In this document: positions 13,849 to 26,029 of the stretch, piece by piece
Position numbering within the stretch: the stretch's first letter is position 1
Layout of the letters: every line of letters starts with the position of its first letter
Origin: Macrostomum lignano
Lineage: Eukaryota
DNA length: 64,000 nucleotides
NCBI GenBank assembly: GCA_002269645.1
Contig: NIVC01002016.1
Span: forward strand, 95,431-159,430
Direction: 5' to 3'
Made by a program: the position numbers and the translations under genes
Notes under the pieces: model-generated
The model's input: only the letters and a program-made list of their open reading frames with translations
The model's database searches: none
Told to the model about the DNA's origin: nothing

Positions 13849-14339
13849 TTGCTTGACTCAGTTTCTCCTGTCTTGTTATGATAGTTAAGTGCATTGTGCA
13901 GGAGCAATTTTCACTTGATAAGATAAGTTACAGTGGCCTAACACAGTTAAACACTACCAAATATAATTGAGATGGCTGAAAAAGTCTAATACATAAACCC
14001 TAGCAAGGGACAGACGGACTTTGGCTATTAAAAACAGCTGAAATTCACAGTCCCAGCAGCGGTAGACGAGGGTAGAAAGTGTTAATTAGCATGCACGCAC
14101 AAAAGACTACATACACTAATTATTTGGCTTGACGCGTCTCACCGCCGCGAACAGATCAATTCAACAGTCAGACAGGCGCGTCCGGCTGTAGGTTGTTAAG
14201 CTCCAACTGTGCTCAAGTCGTGTCAATTTATCTTGCAGGCCTTCAGTAGCTACCAATCGAGCGTCCTAAATCTAATAGCGTACCCCGATCTGTTTGACCG
14301 ACTTTGTCTGACGCATTGCTCTGCACGAGTTCATATGCC

Positions 14340-15372
14340 TGTCTTGAGTTCTGGATGTTTCTACCAAGATTTACCATAGACAGTAGCATTACAGTTGTGT
14401 CCATCTTGAGTTCTGAATGTTTCTACCAAGATTTACCATAGACAGTAGCATTTCAGTTGTGTCCATCTTGAGTTCTGAATGTTTCTACCAAGATTTACCA
14501 TAGACAGTAGCATTACAGTTGTGTCCATCTTGAGTTCTGAATGTTTCTACCAAGATTTACCATAGACAGTAGCATTTCAGTTGTGTCCATCTTGAGTTCT
14601 GAATGTTTCTACCAAGATTTACCATAGACAGTAGCATTTCAGTTGTGTCCATCTTGAGTTCTGAATGTTTCTACCAAGATTTACCATAGACAGTAGCATT
14701 ACAGTTGTGTCCGACTTGAGTTCTGAATATTTCTACCAAGATTTACCATAGACAGTATACATTACAGTTGTGTCCGTCTTGAGTTCTGAATGTTTCTACA
14801 AAGATTTACCATAGACAGTAGCATTACAATTGTGTCCGTCTTGAGTTCTGAATGTTTCTACAAAGATTTACCATAGACAGTAGCATTACAGTTGTGTCTG
14901 TCTTGAGTTTTGAATGTTTCTACCAAGATTTACCATAGACAGTATACATTACAGTTGTGTCCGTCTTGAGTTCTGAATGTTTCTACAAAGATTTACCATA
15001 GACAGTAGCATTACAATTGTGTCCGTCTTGAGTTTTGGATGTTTCTACCCAGATTTACCATAGACAGTAGCATTACAGTTGTGTCCGACTTGAGTTTTGG
15101 ATGTTTCTACCCAGATTTACCATAGACAGTAGCATTACAATTGTGTCCGTCTTGAGTTTTGGATGTTTCTACCAGATTTACCATAGACAGTAGCATTACA
15201 GTTGTGTCCGACTTGAGTTTTGGATGTTTCTACCCAGATTTACCATAGACAGTAGCATTACAGTTGTGTCTGTCTTGAGTTTTGGATGTTTCTACCCAGA
15301 TTTACCATAGACAGTAGCATTACAATTGTGTCCGACTTGAGTTCTGAATGTTTTTACGTAGATTTACCATAG
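14340..15372. repeat. 62-bp minisatellite (TCTTGAGTTCTGAATGTTTCTACCAAGATTTACCATAGACAGTAGCATTACAGTTGTGTCCR)
   Basis: About 16 units, period 62 (e.g. 14404 to 14466). Confidence 0.95.
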
Positions 15373-15384
15373 ACTAGTCCAGCA

Positions 15385-15700
15385 CAGATTCTCCTTCAAG
15401 ATTCCTTTCTCTAGAACAAGAGCAACAGAAGCGGTGCTTCATTCACACACTAAATTATTGAATGCTCTACCTGCAGCATTAGTTAATCCTGGCATCAAGC
15501 CATCTTTTTTTCAAGAGCCGGGTATCTTAAAGACCACCTTGATCAGTTATTAGGCTTTCTTTTCCTTTGTCTTGTTCTCCTTCCATCTTCTCCCATTGTC
15601 TTCTTTCACTTCCTTTCCCCTTTTCCGCTTCGTAACCATTGGTACTATTGGTCCTTGACCACAGTCATGGTGAGTTACACAATAATAAAAATAACAATAA
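15385..15700 (+). mobile_element. 3' terminal fragment of a CR1/L2-like LINE
   Basis: Translates FKIPFSRTRATEAVLHSHTKLLNALPAALV...F(K)SRV, resembling the LINE ORF2 C-terminus (P..RT....F....WN.LP...FK). It is followed by a pyrimidine-rich UTR and an AAT/AAC-rich tail. Confidence 0.5.
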
Positions 15701-17724
15701 GCTCTGTACTCTCGTACGTCGTGAGTTCCTCAGGTTTTGAACTTGATTCAAAATCTTTCTAATTTTGTCATTATTGACTAAAGACATATGTATACAAGCG
15801 GATACATACACAGTGGCAAACAGTTGGCTAAATTTCTAGTTCATATGAACCAATACCGGTATGTGATGTGATGCGCCTCATTTGGCCAACAATCGTGCCA
15901 TTGGGCAGTTATTGGTGGGGAGAAAGGCAAATCAGACCCGATAGAAACATACCCATAAAAATATTGAAGTACAGGCATACAAAACACACTTATCTCCGAA
16001 CCCCCCAGGCTAAAGCAAATTCACTTGTATGGGAATATGCTTCATCAGTATTTATGCCGCTAATGGTGCCTGCCGATCTCTACAGGCGAATAGTCGCGGA
16101 AAGAAGATACAAAAACAGCCATAAGCATTGCCAGTGATAGATAACCCCCTCCTTCAGGCGCCTAAAATGTAACAGTTTAATGCCGTCATATCCATATATT
16201 ATACTCTCCAAATTCTAATACGATCGGCGTGGGTATAGATATGGCTAGGATGTCGCAAGATGGAGCGAATTCCGGCGTACGGAGCCACCAGCTATTCGGA
16301 CGGGGAGGGGAGAAGATAAATAAACGAGGGGATTAATAATAACGGTATTGATTAATAGCGAACCAGGGACTACTGAACAGGGAAATACACAACTCTCAGT
16401 TAGCGATCCATAAATCCGCAGTACAAAGATAAGGGAGTTATAACTCCATATACATGCACACTAGGTGGTCCGCATTTTGCAACGGTTAGATTTTTAAATT
16501 GGCCAGCCCTTATTTTTACCTAAGAAAAACTAAGCAAAGGGGTGAATTCCTGCTGGTGTCACCTGTTGAAGGTCCAGAAGCTCCGCCTGGGTGAAGGCCA
16601 GTGACTAACAAAGTCAAAGCTGACGCAGACACATGTGGTCGGCGTGCTGATGAAATTTGGAGGCTTGGCAAGGCTGCACTGAGGCGCAGTGCTGGTTGGC
16701 GCACAGGGGGTGTACTGAATACACTGGCGCATATGGAAAGAATCCGACCTTCTGGCAGAATTTTTGGATATCTCGACATTACGGAGGCCTGGCGACTTGA
16801 TTCTTGTTTGAGAAGGTGCACAGCAAATGTACAGCACGATAGTTTGATCGGCACCCTAGCAACTGCAGCACACGAAGAACTCAGTAAGCGTGTTGATCGT
16901 ATAACTGAGGACGTTTCTTTGTATTACCCAAACGCTCGCAGGAAGCCTCCAGGCCAAACACTGGGACGCAAGCGACAAAAGACTGTGCGAGATCCCCTAC
17001 CCCATGCGGCGATGTCAAAAAGGCAAAGTCAGAGCTATTGAGCTGGCCCTGTAATTTTGTGCCGACACTGCGATTCACGTGATTAAGAAGAATTGGGGAA
17101 ATTGTAGACCTGTAATTCATCCAGGCCTAGCACCAAGCATCCAGTCACGTCAATCTGGCGTTGCGACCTCCCGATTAGCTGAACTGACTGATGACAAAAG
17201 GTTTCCCAGTGCAAAAATAGTCAAGTCAAAAGGCATAATTATTATAATTATGCGGCTACTGGCTTAAATTCCAGCACAGCGCCATCATTATGCTAAGTTG
17301 TATATTGTCTTTGCGTCATTAGCCATTTTGCCCTGATCCTGGCCTGGATAAATTCTACCTGGGAAAACAGGAAACAGCTTCATCGCCACTTCACTTTAAT
17401 TAGTCTAGTTTCTTGCACACAGCAGGTTCTTGCGGAGATTTTCAACAATCCGAGTGTTTGATCAAGCAAATGAAGTTTTGTGAAAGTCAAAGAGGACAAC
17501 GCAAATTTATTGAAGCTAAAATGAATTCAATGAATCCAATTGATTTATTAGAACAATACTATACAAAACGGAATCTAGATTGTCAGCACAAATACAAAGT
17601 TTTCTCTAATGAATAACACAAACTTAGATTTGCTAACATGACAAAAGTTAGTTCGCATAACACATGGATATGAGGGGGGGGGGTAAAAAACAGCAAAATA
17701 CAGGGTCATATTTGGAGTGAAAAG

Positions 17725-18528
17725 TCAGTGACAGCTTTAGAGACTGCAAACAAGGGAATCTGGGAGAGTGACAGACTGCAGATATGGGAATATGGGAGAT
17801 TGACAGATTTTTAGACACGGATATGGGAGAGTGACAGATTGAAGACGGGAGTATGGGAGAGTGACACTGCAGACATGGGAATTTAGGAGAGTGACAGAAT
17901 GCAGACATGAGAATATGGAAGGGTGACAGACTGCAGGACACAGAGATCTGGGAGAGTGACAGATCGCAGACAAGGCAATCTAGGCGAGTGAAAGACTACA
18001 GACAAGGGAATCTGGGAGTGACAGACTGCAGACATGGGAATCTTGGAGAGTGACAGACTATAGACACGAGGATCTGGGAGAGTGACAGATTGCAGACACG
18101 AGGATCTGGGAGAGTGACAGATTGCAGACACGAGGATCTGGGAGAGTGACAGATTGCAGATACGAGGATCTGGGAGGGTGACAGACTGCAGATACGAGGA
18201 TCTGGGAGTGACAGACTGCAGACACGAGGATCTGGGAGTGACAGACTGCAGACACGAGGATCTGGGAGAGTGACAGACTATAGACACGAGGATCTGGGAG
18301 AGTGACAGACTATAGACACGAGGATCTGGGAGAGTGACAGATTGCAGACACGAGGATCTGGGAGAGTGACAGATTGCAGACACGAGGATCTGGGAGAGTG
18401 ACAGATTGCAGACACGAGGATCTGGGAGGGTGACAGACTGCAGATACGAGGATCTGGGAGTGACAGACTGCAGACACGAGGATCTGGGAGGGTGACAGAC
18501 TGCAGACACGAGGATCTGGGAGTGACAG
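17725..18528. repeat. 32/30-bp minisatellite (GACAGACTGCAGACACGAGGATCTGGGAGAGT) just 3' of the zinc-finger stop codon
   Basis: About 25 units, with increasing divergence toward 17725. Confidence 0.95.
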
Positions 18529-18541
18529 TGACAAAGCTTCA

Positions 18542-19161
18542 TCAGCGACAGCCGCTCCCGTGTCCAATTCCACTGCCGCTGGATCCGCCAGGCGGCAGGC
18601 TGGACTCGTCCTGTATGCAGGACAGAATCTCGCCAGCAATACGCTGAGCAGCCTCTGTACCAATATTGAGATTGAGATCGTGCAGATCCAGCATAGACTC
18701 GTCCAGGACTGGCGCGGCGGAGTGGGCCAACCGCAAGTGGCGGCTCAGGGTAGGCCGGTGCCGATATCGGCGACCGCACAGTCGGCAAGCATGTCTGGCA
18801 TCCGTAGAATGAGTGTCCCGATGCTTCAGCAATCCGCACTGACTAGAAAATGCTTTGCCGCACTGCTGACAGGTGAATAATAATTGGCCACCGGAGTGGC
18901 GGCACAATTCGTGGGCACGCAGATTGCCCAGAGTGCTGGATTGGTAAGGGCAGTGCTGACAGGCGAATGGTCTGCTGCTGCCGACACTGGCGCTGACTGA
19001 GGCCGATACAGGGCGACCCTGTCTCAGGCTTAACAGCCGGCTGTGCTTTGCTAGCCTATGCTTAGCGAGATCTGAGCTGGTCAGGTAGCTTTTATTGCAC
19101 TTGTCGCAAGAGTAGTGACGAGCGCTGGCGTGACTGGGCAGGTGGCGGACAAAGGCCGAGT
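18542..19161 (-). CDS. C2H2 zinc-finger protein, terminal exon (completes one finger, plus four more)
   Basis: Acceptor TTTCTAG|AC at 19162/19161 (phase 1). Fingers: CDKC..H..H, CQHC..H...H, CQQCGKAF..H...H, CRLCGRRY..H....H. Stop TGA at 18544-18542. Confidence 0.92.
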
Positions 19162-19329
19162 CTAGAAATGAGATGTTAGAAAATGGGATTTGGGAGATTA
19201 GGAGAGCCGCGACTGCTGCTAGCAGGGTCTGGTCTGTTCTAGGGGAAATTCTCCTCACGTAGCCTTAGTCAGAGGGGATATTCTCCTCACTTAGCCTTAG
19301 TCAGTCAGAGGGGATATTCTACTCATGTA

Positions 19330-20015
19330 GCCTCAAAGCTGGGGCGATTCTCATGCGTGACCTATTTACAAAGCTGGGTCAATTCTCATGCGTGACCTAT
19401 TCACAAAGCTGGGGCGATTCTCATGCGTGACCTATTTACAAAGCGAGGGACGATTTTCATGCGTGACCTATTTATTTACAAAGCTGGGGCGATTCTCATG
19501 CGTGACCTATTTATTTACAAAGCTGGGGCGATTCTCACGCGTGACCTATTTATTTACAAAGCTGGGTTGATTCTCACGCGTGACCTATTTATTTACAAAG
19601 CTGTGGCGATTCTCATGCGTGACCTATTTACAAAGCGAGGGACGATTTTCATGCGTGACCTATTTATTTTTAAAGCTGGGTTGATTCTCATGCGTGACCT
19701 ATTTATTTACAAAGCTATGGCGATTCTCATGCGTGACCTATTTATATACAAAGCTGTGGCGATTCTCATGCGTGACCAATTCACAAAGCTGGGGCGATTC
19801 TCATGCGTGACCTATTTACAAAGCGAGGGACGATTTTGATGCGTGACCTATTTATTTACAAAGCTAAGGCGATTTTCACGCGTGACCTATTTACAAAGCG
19901 AGGGGCGATTCTCATGCGTGACCTATTTACAAAGCGAGGGGCGATTCTCATGCGTGACCTATTTACAAAGCGAGGGGCGATTTTCATGCGTGACCTATTT
20001 ACAAAGCAGAGGCGA
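19330..20015. repeat. 35-39-bp intronic minisatellite (CTCATGCGTGACCTATTT[ATTT]ACAAAGCTGGGGCGATT)
   Basis: About 18 units inside intron 19162-20515. Confidence 0.95.
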
Positions 20016-20515
20016 TTCTCAAAAGACCTAGTCAGAGGTGCGAATACCTCGCGTGTTGAAACTCAGTCCCGCGGGTCAGGTGTGAAAATGAAAACAGCAT
20101 TTTAACTCCCTCGCCAATGCTAATAAACTGAGTAGCGTGCTAATGCCAACAAAAATCCTCTGAAAGTTTCAAAGCTAAAAAAGAGAGCATGCACTTTAAG
20201 TCTCCAAGAGCCAGGTTAAAACTGGATTCGGCGTCCCCCTCTCCAGAGTAGGTAATTAGAGAAGCTCTTAATTACAGTCGGTAATTAAATATAAGCCGGC
20301 CTAGATGCAGAAAAGAAACAAAAATACTTAAAAATGGCCCCCAGCTTATAAAAAACCGACATGCAAGGAATTTCTGGTCTAATTATGAAAGCCCCGGACT
20401 GCAAATTAGCTGACTTGGTCCTTCAAAGGCAATATTAAACAAGCAGTTTACCTATCAAGAAAATTACAACTATATAAAAAGCGCAAGAACACACCCAGTT
20501 TGAATGGCGACTTAC

Positions 20516-20588
20516 GATTATCGAATGCTTTGCCGCACAGGCCGCAGTTGAACTGGTCATCATCAATGTGGTGAGTTCTCACGTGTCT
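20516..20588 (-). CDS. C2H2 zinc-finger protein, 73-bp internal exon (not in the ORF track)
   Basis: CTTTAG|AGACAC...GATAATC|GTAAGT encodes RHVRTHHIDDDQFNCGLCGKAFDN. Splicing on both sides completes canonical fingers CPLCSAKFVNKYSMS|RHVRTH and CGLCGKAFDN|HSAFVRHLPSH. Confidence 0.92.
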
Positions 20589-20649
20589 CTAAAGAGGAAA
20601 ATCAATTATTAATAATTTGTTTAGATTTATGCTAGAGACAGTCGCTTTC

Positions 20650-21065
20650 AGAAGCTCGAAACTTCTTAAGCTCGAAACTTCTCAAGCTCGAAACTTCACA
20701 AACACAAGCTTGAAACTTCACAAACACAAGCTCGAAACTTCACAAACACAAGCTTGAAACTTCACAAACACAAGCTCGAAACTTCACAAATACAAGCTTG
20801 AAACTTCACAAACACAAGCTCGAAACTTCACAAATACAAGCTTGAAACTTCACAAACACAAGCTCGAAACTTCACAACACAAGCTCGAAACTTCACAAAC
20901 ACAAGCTTAAACTTCACAAACACAAGCTCGAAACTTCACAAACACAAGCTCGAAACTTATCGAACTCGAAACCTTACAAGCTCGAAACTTCATAAACTCG
21001 AAAATCATCAAGCTCGAAACTTTGTAAGCTCTAATCTCCATAAGCTCGAAATTTTGTCGAGCTCG
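20650..21065. repeat. 22-bp intronic minisatellite (CAAGCTCGAAACTTCACAAACA), partly alternating CTC/CTT variants (44-bp dimer)
   Basis: About 18 units inside intron 20589-21202. Confidence 0.93.
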
Positions 21066-21202
21066 AAACTCGAAAATCGACATTGTGAAAATAAGGATAA
21101 AAAATTACGATAGTTCGAGCTTTTGAAATGCACCCGAAAAAACAGCAAGCACCAAATAATAGCCAAGTTGCAAAACTTTAAATTAGTGGCGATTATACTA
21201 AC

Positions 21203-21370
21203 CGACATGGAGTATTTGTTAACAAATTTCGCAGAGCAGAGCGGGCAACGGTGCAGATATTTATTAATATCATCGATCTCGTCAGCCGCTTCGCCGAGAC
21301 TCGAACCAAGGACCTCCTCAGCTGCTGGGAGTGCCTGGCCGCAGATGCGTTGGTTTTGGTGGCTTGGCAT
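21203..21370 (-). CDS. C2H2 zinc-finger protein, upstream exon (5' boundary uncertain)
   Basis: Encodes ...EAADEIDDINKYLHRCPLCSAKFVNKYSMS, ending in donor TCG|GTTAGT (phase 0). ATG at 21370; candidate acceptors lie at about 21400-21410. Confidence 0.8.
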
Positions 21371-21461
21371 GAAATAAGCAATACAGATCGAATGCAGTGG
21401 CTGCCTTTGCTAGTTAGTCTCTCTGCTAGACACACAATTGCTTAGTTTTTAGGTGCTGGAT

Positions 21462-21895
21462 GTCTCAGGTATGGGATGAGTTGGCCATGCTCAACTTCAG
21501 GTGTGGGATGAGTTGGCCATGCTCAATCTCAGGTGTGGGATGAGTTGGCCATGCTCAATCTCAGGTGTGAGATGAGTTGGCCATGCTCAATCTCAGGTGT
21601 GGGATGAGTTGGCCATGCTCAATCTCAGGTGTGGGATGAGTTGGCCATGCTTAATCTCAGGTGTGGGATGAGTTGGCTATGCTCAATCTCAGGTGTGGGA
21701 TGAGTTTGCTATGCTCAATCTCGGGTTTGGGATGAGTTGGCCATGCTCAATCTCAGGTGTGGGATGAGTTGGCCATGCTCAATCTCAGGTGTGGGATGAG
21801 TTGGCCATGCTCAATCTCAGGTGTGGGATGAGTTGGCCATGCTCAATCTCAGGTGTGGGATGAGTTGGCTATGCTCAACTTCAGGTGTGGGATGA
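21462..21895. repeat. 32-bp minisatellite (CAGGTGTGGGATGAGTTGGCCATGCTCAATCT)
   Basis: About 13 units. Confidence 0.95.
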
Positions 21896-22451
21896 AAAAA
21901 TCGGCAGTAAGCTCTGACCAATTTTTAGCTTAAGTGGAAAAATGAAAATAAATGATTTCAAACAATTTTCAAAAATATTTTTGTTTGACTGAGCCTGGCA
22001 GAACAAGTACATACGCAGACAGGTTAATTAAGACACAAGATAGAGATAAGGACACGATAGGTTGTTATAACAGTCCTCTTCACATATATAAAGAACTCGC
22101 CAGGAATAGCAGATACTCATTAGCCATTCCCTGCGCCTAATGACTTGAAAAATCTACTAGGACCTCCTGTTGGACTCAACTCGGGGACAGGCACGGACAG
22201 ATGTTAAAGTACATAATTATAGATATAGAACAATGATTAATAGCAAATCAATTGGAAAATGCTTAATTTATTACTCATGAAGCCAAAAGTAGTAGTTTGA
22301 ATGTTTATAACTAAAATGCACCCCTTTAAAAATCTTCCTTAATGCACTCCCGCATACAGAATGCGTAATAATATAAGCTGAATAGCAAATGCTGCGCATA
22401 AATGCAAGAAAAGTGTGAAGAAAAAGCCTCTTTGCTGGCACTGAAGCTGAC

Positions 22452-22606
22452 ACTCCTTTGACTCTCCATTGTCCTAACACTCCATTGACACATGCCCTGA
22501 CAATGTAAGACACTCCTTTGACACTGCCCTGACAATGTCAGACACTCCTTTGACACTATCCTGGCAATGTCAGACACTCCTTTGACACTGCCCTGACAAT
22601 GTCAGT
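22452..22606. repeat. 32-bp minisatellite (CACTCCTTTGACACTGCCCTGACAATGTCAGA)
   Basis: About 4-5 units abutting the end of the RRM exon. Confidence 0.85.
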
Positions 22607-22607
22607 C

Positions 22608-23882
22608 TCAAATCACGCACGACTCGAACACTGTATCGTGGCAGTCGCACAGAAACGGCCGCTCATCAACCGGCGGATCCGGCGGCTGCACTTCCAGAGC
22701 GGCCTGTCGAAATTCCGGCTGGCACAGCTCCAGCCAAGTCAACAGCGAGTGCTCAGGCAGCTGCAGCTGGGGTCGGTCGCCGAGTTGAAAGGCCTGCGGC
22801 AGGCGAACTCGCCGCAGACTCAGCCCGGTCGGAGGCGTTCGGCTTGCAGCGTCGGAGCAATCGGCGGACCGATCGAAGCGCAGTACGGCGGAGTCAGACC
22901 GGCCGGTCAGGGAGGCGGAGTCAACTGGCAGGTGGACGGAGCGGGCGGCCGGGAAGCAGCAGGCCAGGTAGGCCAGCAGCACGCGGAGCGGCACGGGCGG
23001 GTTGGCCAAGCCGGACACCTGCAGAAACTGACAGCGGTCGTTGGCGACGACGCTCCGCCACTGGCCGACCCTGTTGTTGGACCGCATCGCAAACGCGAGC
23101 CGGCCGGCCAGACCGTCCGGAATTTTCAGCAGCGGCACTTCCGGCCAGGTCGGCAGCTGACAGTGCGGCTCCAGCCAGGGTAGGAAGGCATGTCCGGGGA
23201 GGCTAATGCCGCAGGCGGACAGTTGCAGCGAGTCGGGCAGGTGCACGCAGCAGCACCGGCCGGAGTGCAGGCCACGAATAGCGCCCAGAGCCTGGCGACA
23301 GTCGGCCGGGCGGCTGAATTCGGCCAGCAGACAGTCGAAGGGTATCGGCAGCAGGCGGTGAACATGGCAACGCTGTAGCTGACCGAGCGGCAGTCGACTG
23401 CTGATCTCGCCGACAAACAGGTAGCGACAGTCCATGGCGGCGGCCTCGGCGTCCGACAGCGGCACCCAGTCGGCGTCGGCCATTGACAGGCAGCGGACGC
23501 GCTGGCCGGGCAGCACAGCGAATAGGCGCGGCCGGCTGAGGACTGGCAGATTGCCGGTCAGTCGGCGCCAATCCGGGGACTCTGCGGCGCGCTTTATCGC
23601 GGAGTCTACCGCGCCAAATTCCGGCACCAGCGGCCGCCTCCTTAATCCTGTCGGCATGGTCATTGTAAGCTTCCAGCCGATGACGCCCTTAGTGCAGCAG
23701 GGCAGAGCCAGGACTTCGCCAAGTAAATCCGGGCTGATGAGGCTGCGAGCCAGACTCTCCAGGTCAGCTGGCATGATGTTGCGATCGAAGGGGCCGAGGC
23801 TCCAGCGGCAGACTGGCCCGGCAACCAGTTCAAAAACGGCGTTTGGGCTGTCGGCTTCAGCGACAAGCACATCCGTGACTAC
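22608..23882 (-). CDS. Divergent multi-RRM (nucleolin-like) protein, exon 2
   Basis: Acceptor CTCCAG|GTA at 23883/23882 (phase 0); 1.27-kb GC-rich open frame. RRM-like segments YLFVGEISS...CLLAEFSRPADCRQAL and FLQVSGL...FPAARSVHLPVD...GRSDSAVLRFDRSADCSDAA. The 3' end is either the TGA at 22608 or a donor at about 22615-22620. RRM assignment is by eye only. Confidence 0.75.
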   Translation of the reverse strand, partial: VVTDVLVAEADSPNAVFELVAGPVCRWSLGPFDRNIMPADLESLARSLISPDLLGEVLALPCCTKGVIGWKLTMTMPTGLRRRPLVPEFGAVDSAIKRAAESPDWRRLTGNLPVLSRPRLFAVLPGQRVRCLSMADADWVPLSDAEAAAMDCRYLFVGEISSRLPLGQLQRCHVHRLLPIPFDCLLAEFSRPADCRQALGAIRGLHSGRCCCVHLPDSLQLSACGISLPGHAFLPWLEPHCQLPTWPEVPLLKIPDGLAGRLAFAMRSNNRVGQWRSVVANDRCQFLQVSGLANPPVPLRVLLAYLACCFPAARSVHLPVDSASLTGRSDSAVLRFDRSADCSDAASRTPPTGLSLRRVRLPQAFQLGDRPQLQLPEHSLLTWLELCQPEFRQAALEVQPPDPPVDERPFLCDCHDTVFESCVI

Positions 23883-23920
23883 CTGGAGCAACGGGCAGCG
23901 GGTGATAAGAAACTTTAGGT

Positions 23921-24085
23921 CGGGATTTCAGACACTTCAGGGCGAGATTTCAGAGACACTTCAGGGCGGGATTTCAAAGACACTTCAGATCGGGATTTCA
24001 GAGACACTTCATGGCGGGATTTCAGAGACAATTCAGGGCGGGATTTCAGAGACAATTCAGGGCGGGATTTTAAAGACACTTCAGG
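23921..24085. repeat. 24-bp intronic minisatellite (GGGATTTCAGAGACACTTCAGGGC)
   Basis: About 7 units inside intron 23883-24196. Confidence 0.9.
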
Positions 24086-24196
24086 TCATGCGGTTGTTGA
24101 AAGGCTTTCAAGACAATTTTTGGACGGACATTCAGTAGATATATCCATGGAGTCCAACAAGTTTACATAAAAGCTGAAGCCAGCCATAAACCTTAC

Positions 24197-24838
24197 TGGT
24201 TCATCTCTGATGCAGCCGATGCACCCCTCACAAGCGGCAGCACCTATGGGGACAGCTGGCACAGAGACAGCCGAGTCCGATTCAATCCAGACGAAACTAA
24301 CGCAGTCTGCGCATCGGATAGTGGACTCTAATTGGCGTCTAGTCAAATTATTGCGCGCATTTCGCACCAGAAAGCAGCATCCGTTAGCCGAGACAGGCGA
24401 ACAGTTAATTGCAGAGGTCAATACGTCGTCTTCAACATCGTCAAAAGCGCGTTGTAACGCTCGCCGATCGGAGCTCTTAACAATTAGATAGTTTAATTGG
24501 GAAAATCCTCGCCTATGCTGACTAGCCAGAGCTGTTGAACTGCTAGAGATTGGCATTAGCCAGATTACACTGGCCCGGCCGCAGTCGCTGTTAACCCTGG
24601 CGGCAATGGCTAAGGCCTGCTCTAGGCTGGCCAGTTGGCACAGCCGGGAGCCGTCAGACAGGTAGAATTCCGCTAGCAGGCGACAGCCAGCTGACCGGAT
24701 TAAGGCGCGGAGCTTCTCGCAGGGCGCGTCAACAATTTGAACAAAACTAGAGCGCTGCATTGCCTGTTGATTGCTCTCGGCATTGTAGCGATATTGGTAA
24801 GCACCAATTGCTGCACCGTGGCGTCTGCAATCCTGCAT
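24197..24838 (-). CDS. Divergent multi-RRM protein, exon 1
   Basis: ATG at 24838; donor CCA|GTAAGG at 24197/24196, phase 0 matching the next exon. RRM-like segments SFVQIVDAP..LRALI...LASLEQALAIA and CFLVRNARNNLTRRQLE. Confidence 0.72.
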
Positions 24839-24954
24839 GCTGCAGACTGAAGCTGAAGATTTTTATGCAGCTTGAATTAGCAAATATTGACTCCAAGTTA
24901 ACTAGCACTTTCTGCTTCATTTTTGTGCCTTGGATCTAGGCGGTGGCGGCCCAG

Positions 24955-26010
24955 TTTGAGGAGCTGGGTTGCTATGCGCTCAGTCTGAGGATCTGGGTTG
25001 CTATGCGCTCAGCCTGAGGATCTGGGTTGCTATGCGCTCAGTCTGAGGAGCTGGGTTGCTATGCGCTCAGCCTGAGGATCTGGGTTGCTATGCGCTCAGT
25101 CTGAGGAGCTGGGTTGCTATGCGCTCTGCCTGAGGATCTGGGTTGCTATGCGCTCAGCCTGAGGATCTGGGTTGCTATGCACCCAGCCTGAGGATCTGGG
25201 TTGCTATGCGCTCAGCCTGAGGATCTGGGTTGCTATGCGCTCAGTCTGAGGATCTGGGTTGCTATGCGCTCAGCCTGAGGATCTGGGTTGCTATGCGCTC
25301 AGTCTGAGGATCTGGGTTGCTATGCGCTCAGCCTGAGGATCTGGGTTGTTATGCGCTCAGCCTGAGGATCTGGGTTGTTATGCGCTCAGCCTGAGGATCG
25401 GGTTGCTATGCGCTCAGTCTGAGGATCTGGGTTGCTATGCGCTTAGCCTGAGGATCTGGGTTGTTATGCGCTCAGCCTGAGGATCGGGTTGCTATGCGCT
25501 CAGTCTGAGGATCTGGGTTGCTATGCGCTTAGCCTGAGGATCTGGGTTGTTATGCGCTCAGTCTGAGGAGCTGGGTTGTTATGCACTCAGCCTGAGGATC
25601 TGGGTTGTTATGCGCTCAGTCTGAGGATCTGGGTTGCTATGCGCTCAGCCTGAGGATCTGGGTTGCTATGCGCTCAGCCTGAGGATCTGGGTTGCTATGC
25701 GCTCAGCCTGAGGATTTGGGTTGTTATGCGCTCAGCCTGAGGATCTGGGTTGCTATGCGCTCAGTCTGAGGATCTGGGTTGCTATGCGCTCAGCCTGAGG
25801 ATTTGGATTGTTATGCGCTCAGTCTGAGGATCTGGGTTGCTATGCGCTCAGTCTGAGGATCTGGGTTGCTATGCGCTCAGTCTGAGGATCTGGGTTGCTA
25901 TGCGCTCAGCCTGAGGATCTGGGTTGCTATGCGCTCAGCCTGAGGATCTGGGTTGCTATGCGCTCAGTCGGAGGATCTGGGTTGCTATGCGCTTAGCCTG
26001 AGGATCTGGG
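24955..26010. repeat. 29-bp minisatellite (GAGGATCTGGGTTGCTATGCGCTCAGCCT)
   Basis: About 36 units, period 29 (e.g. 25161 to 25190). Confidence 0.96.
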
Positions 26011-26029
26011 AGGGTGGCGGGTCAGTTTT

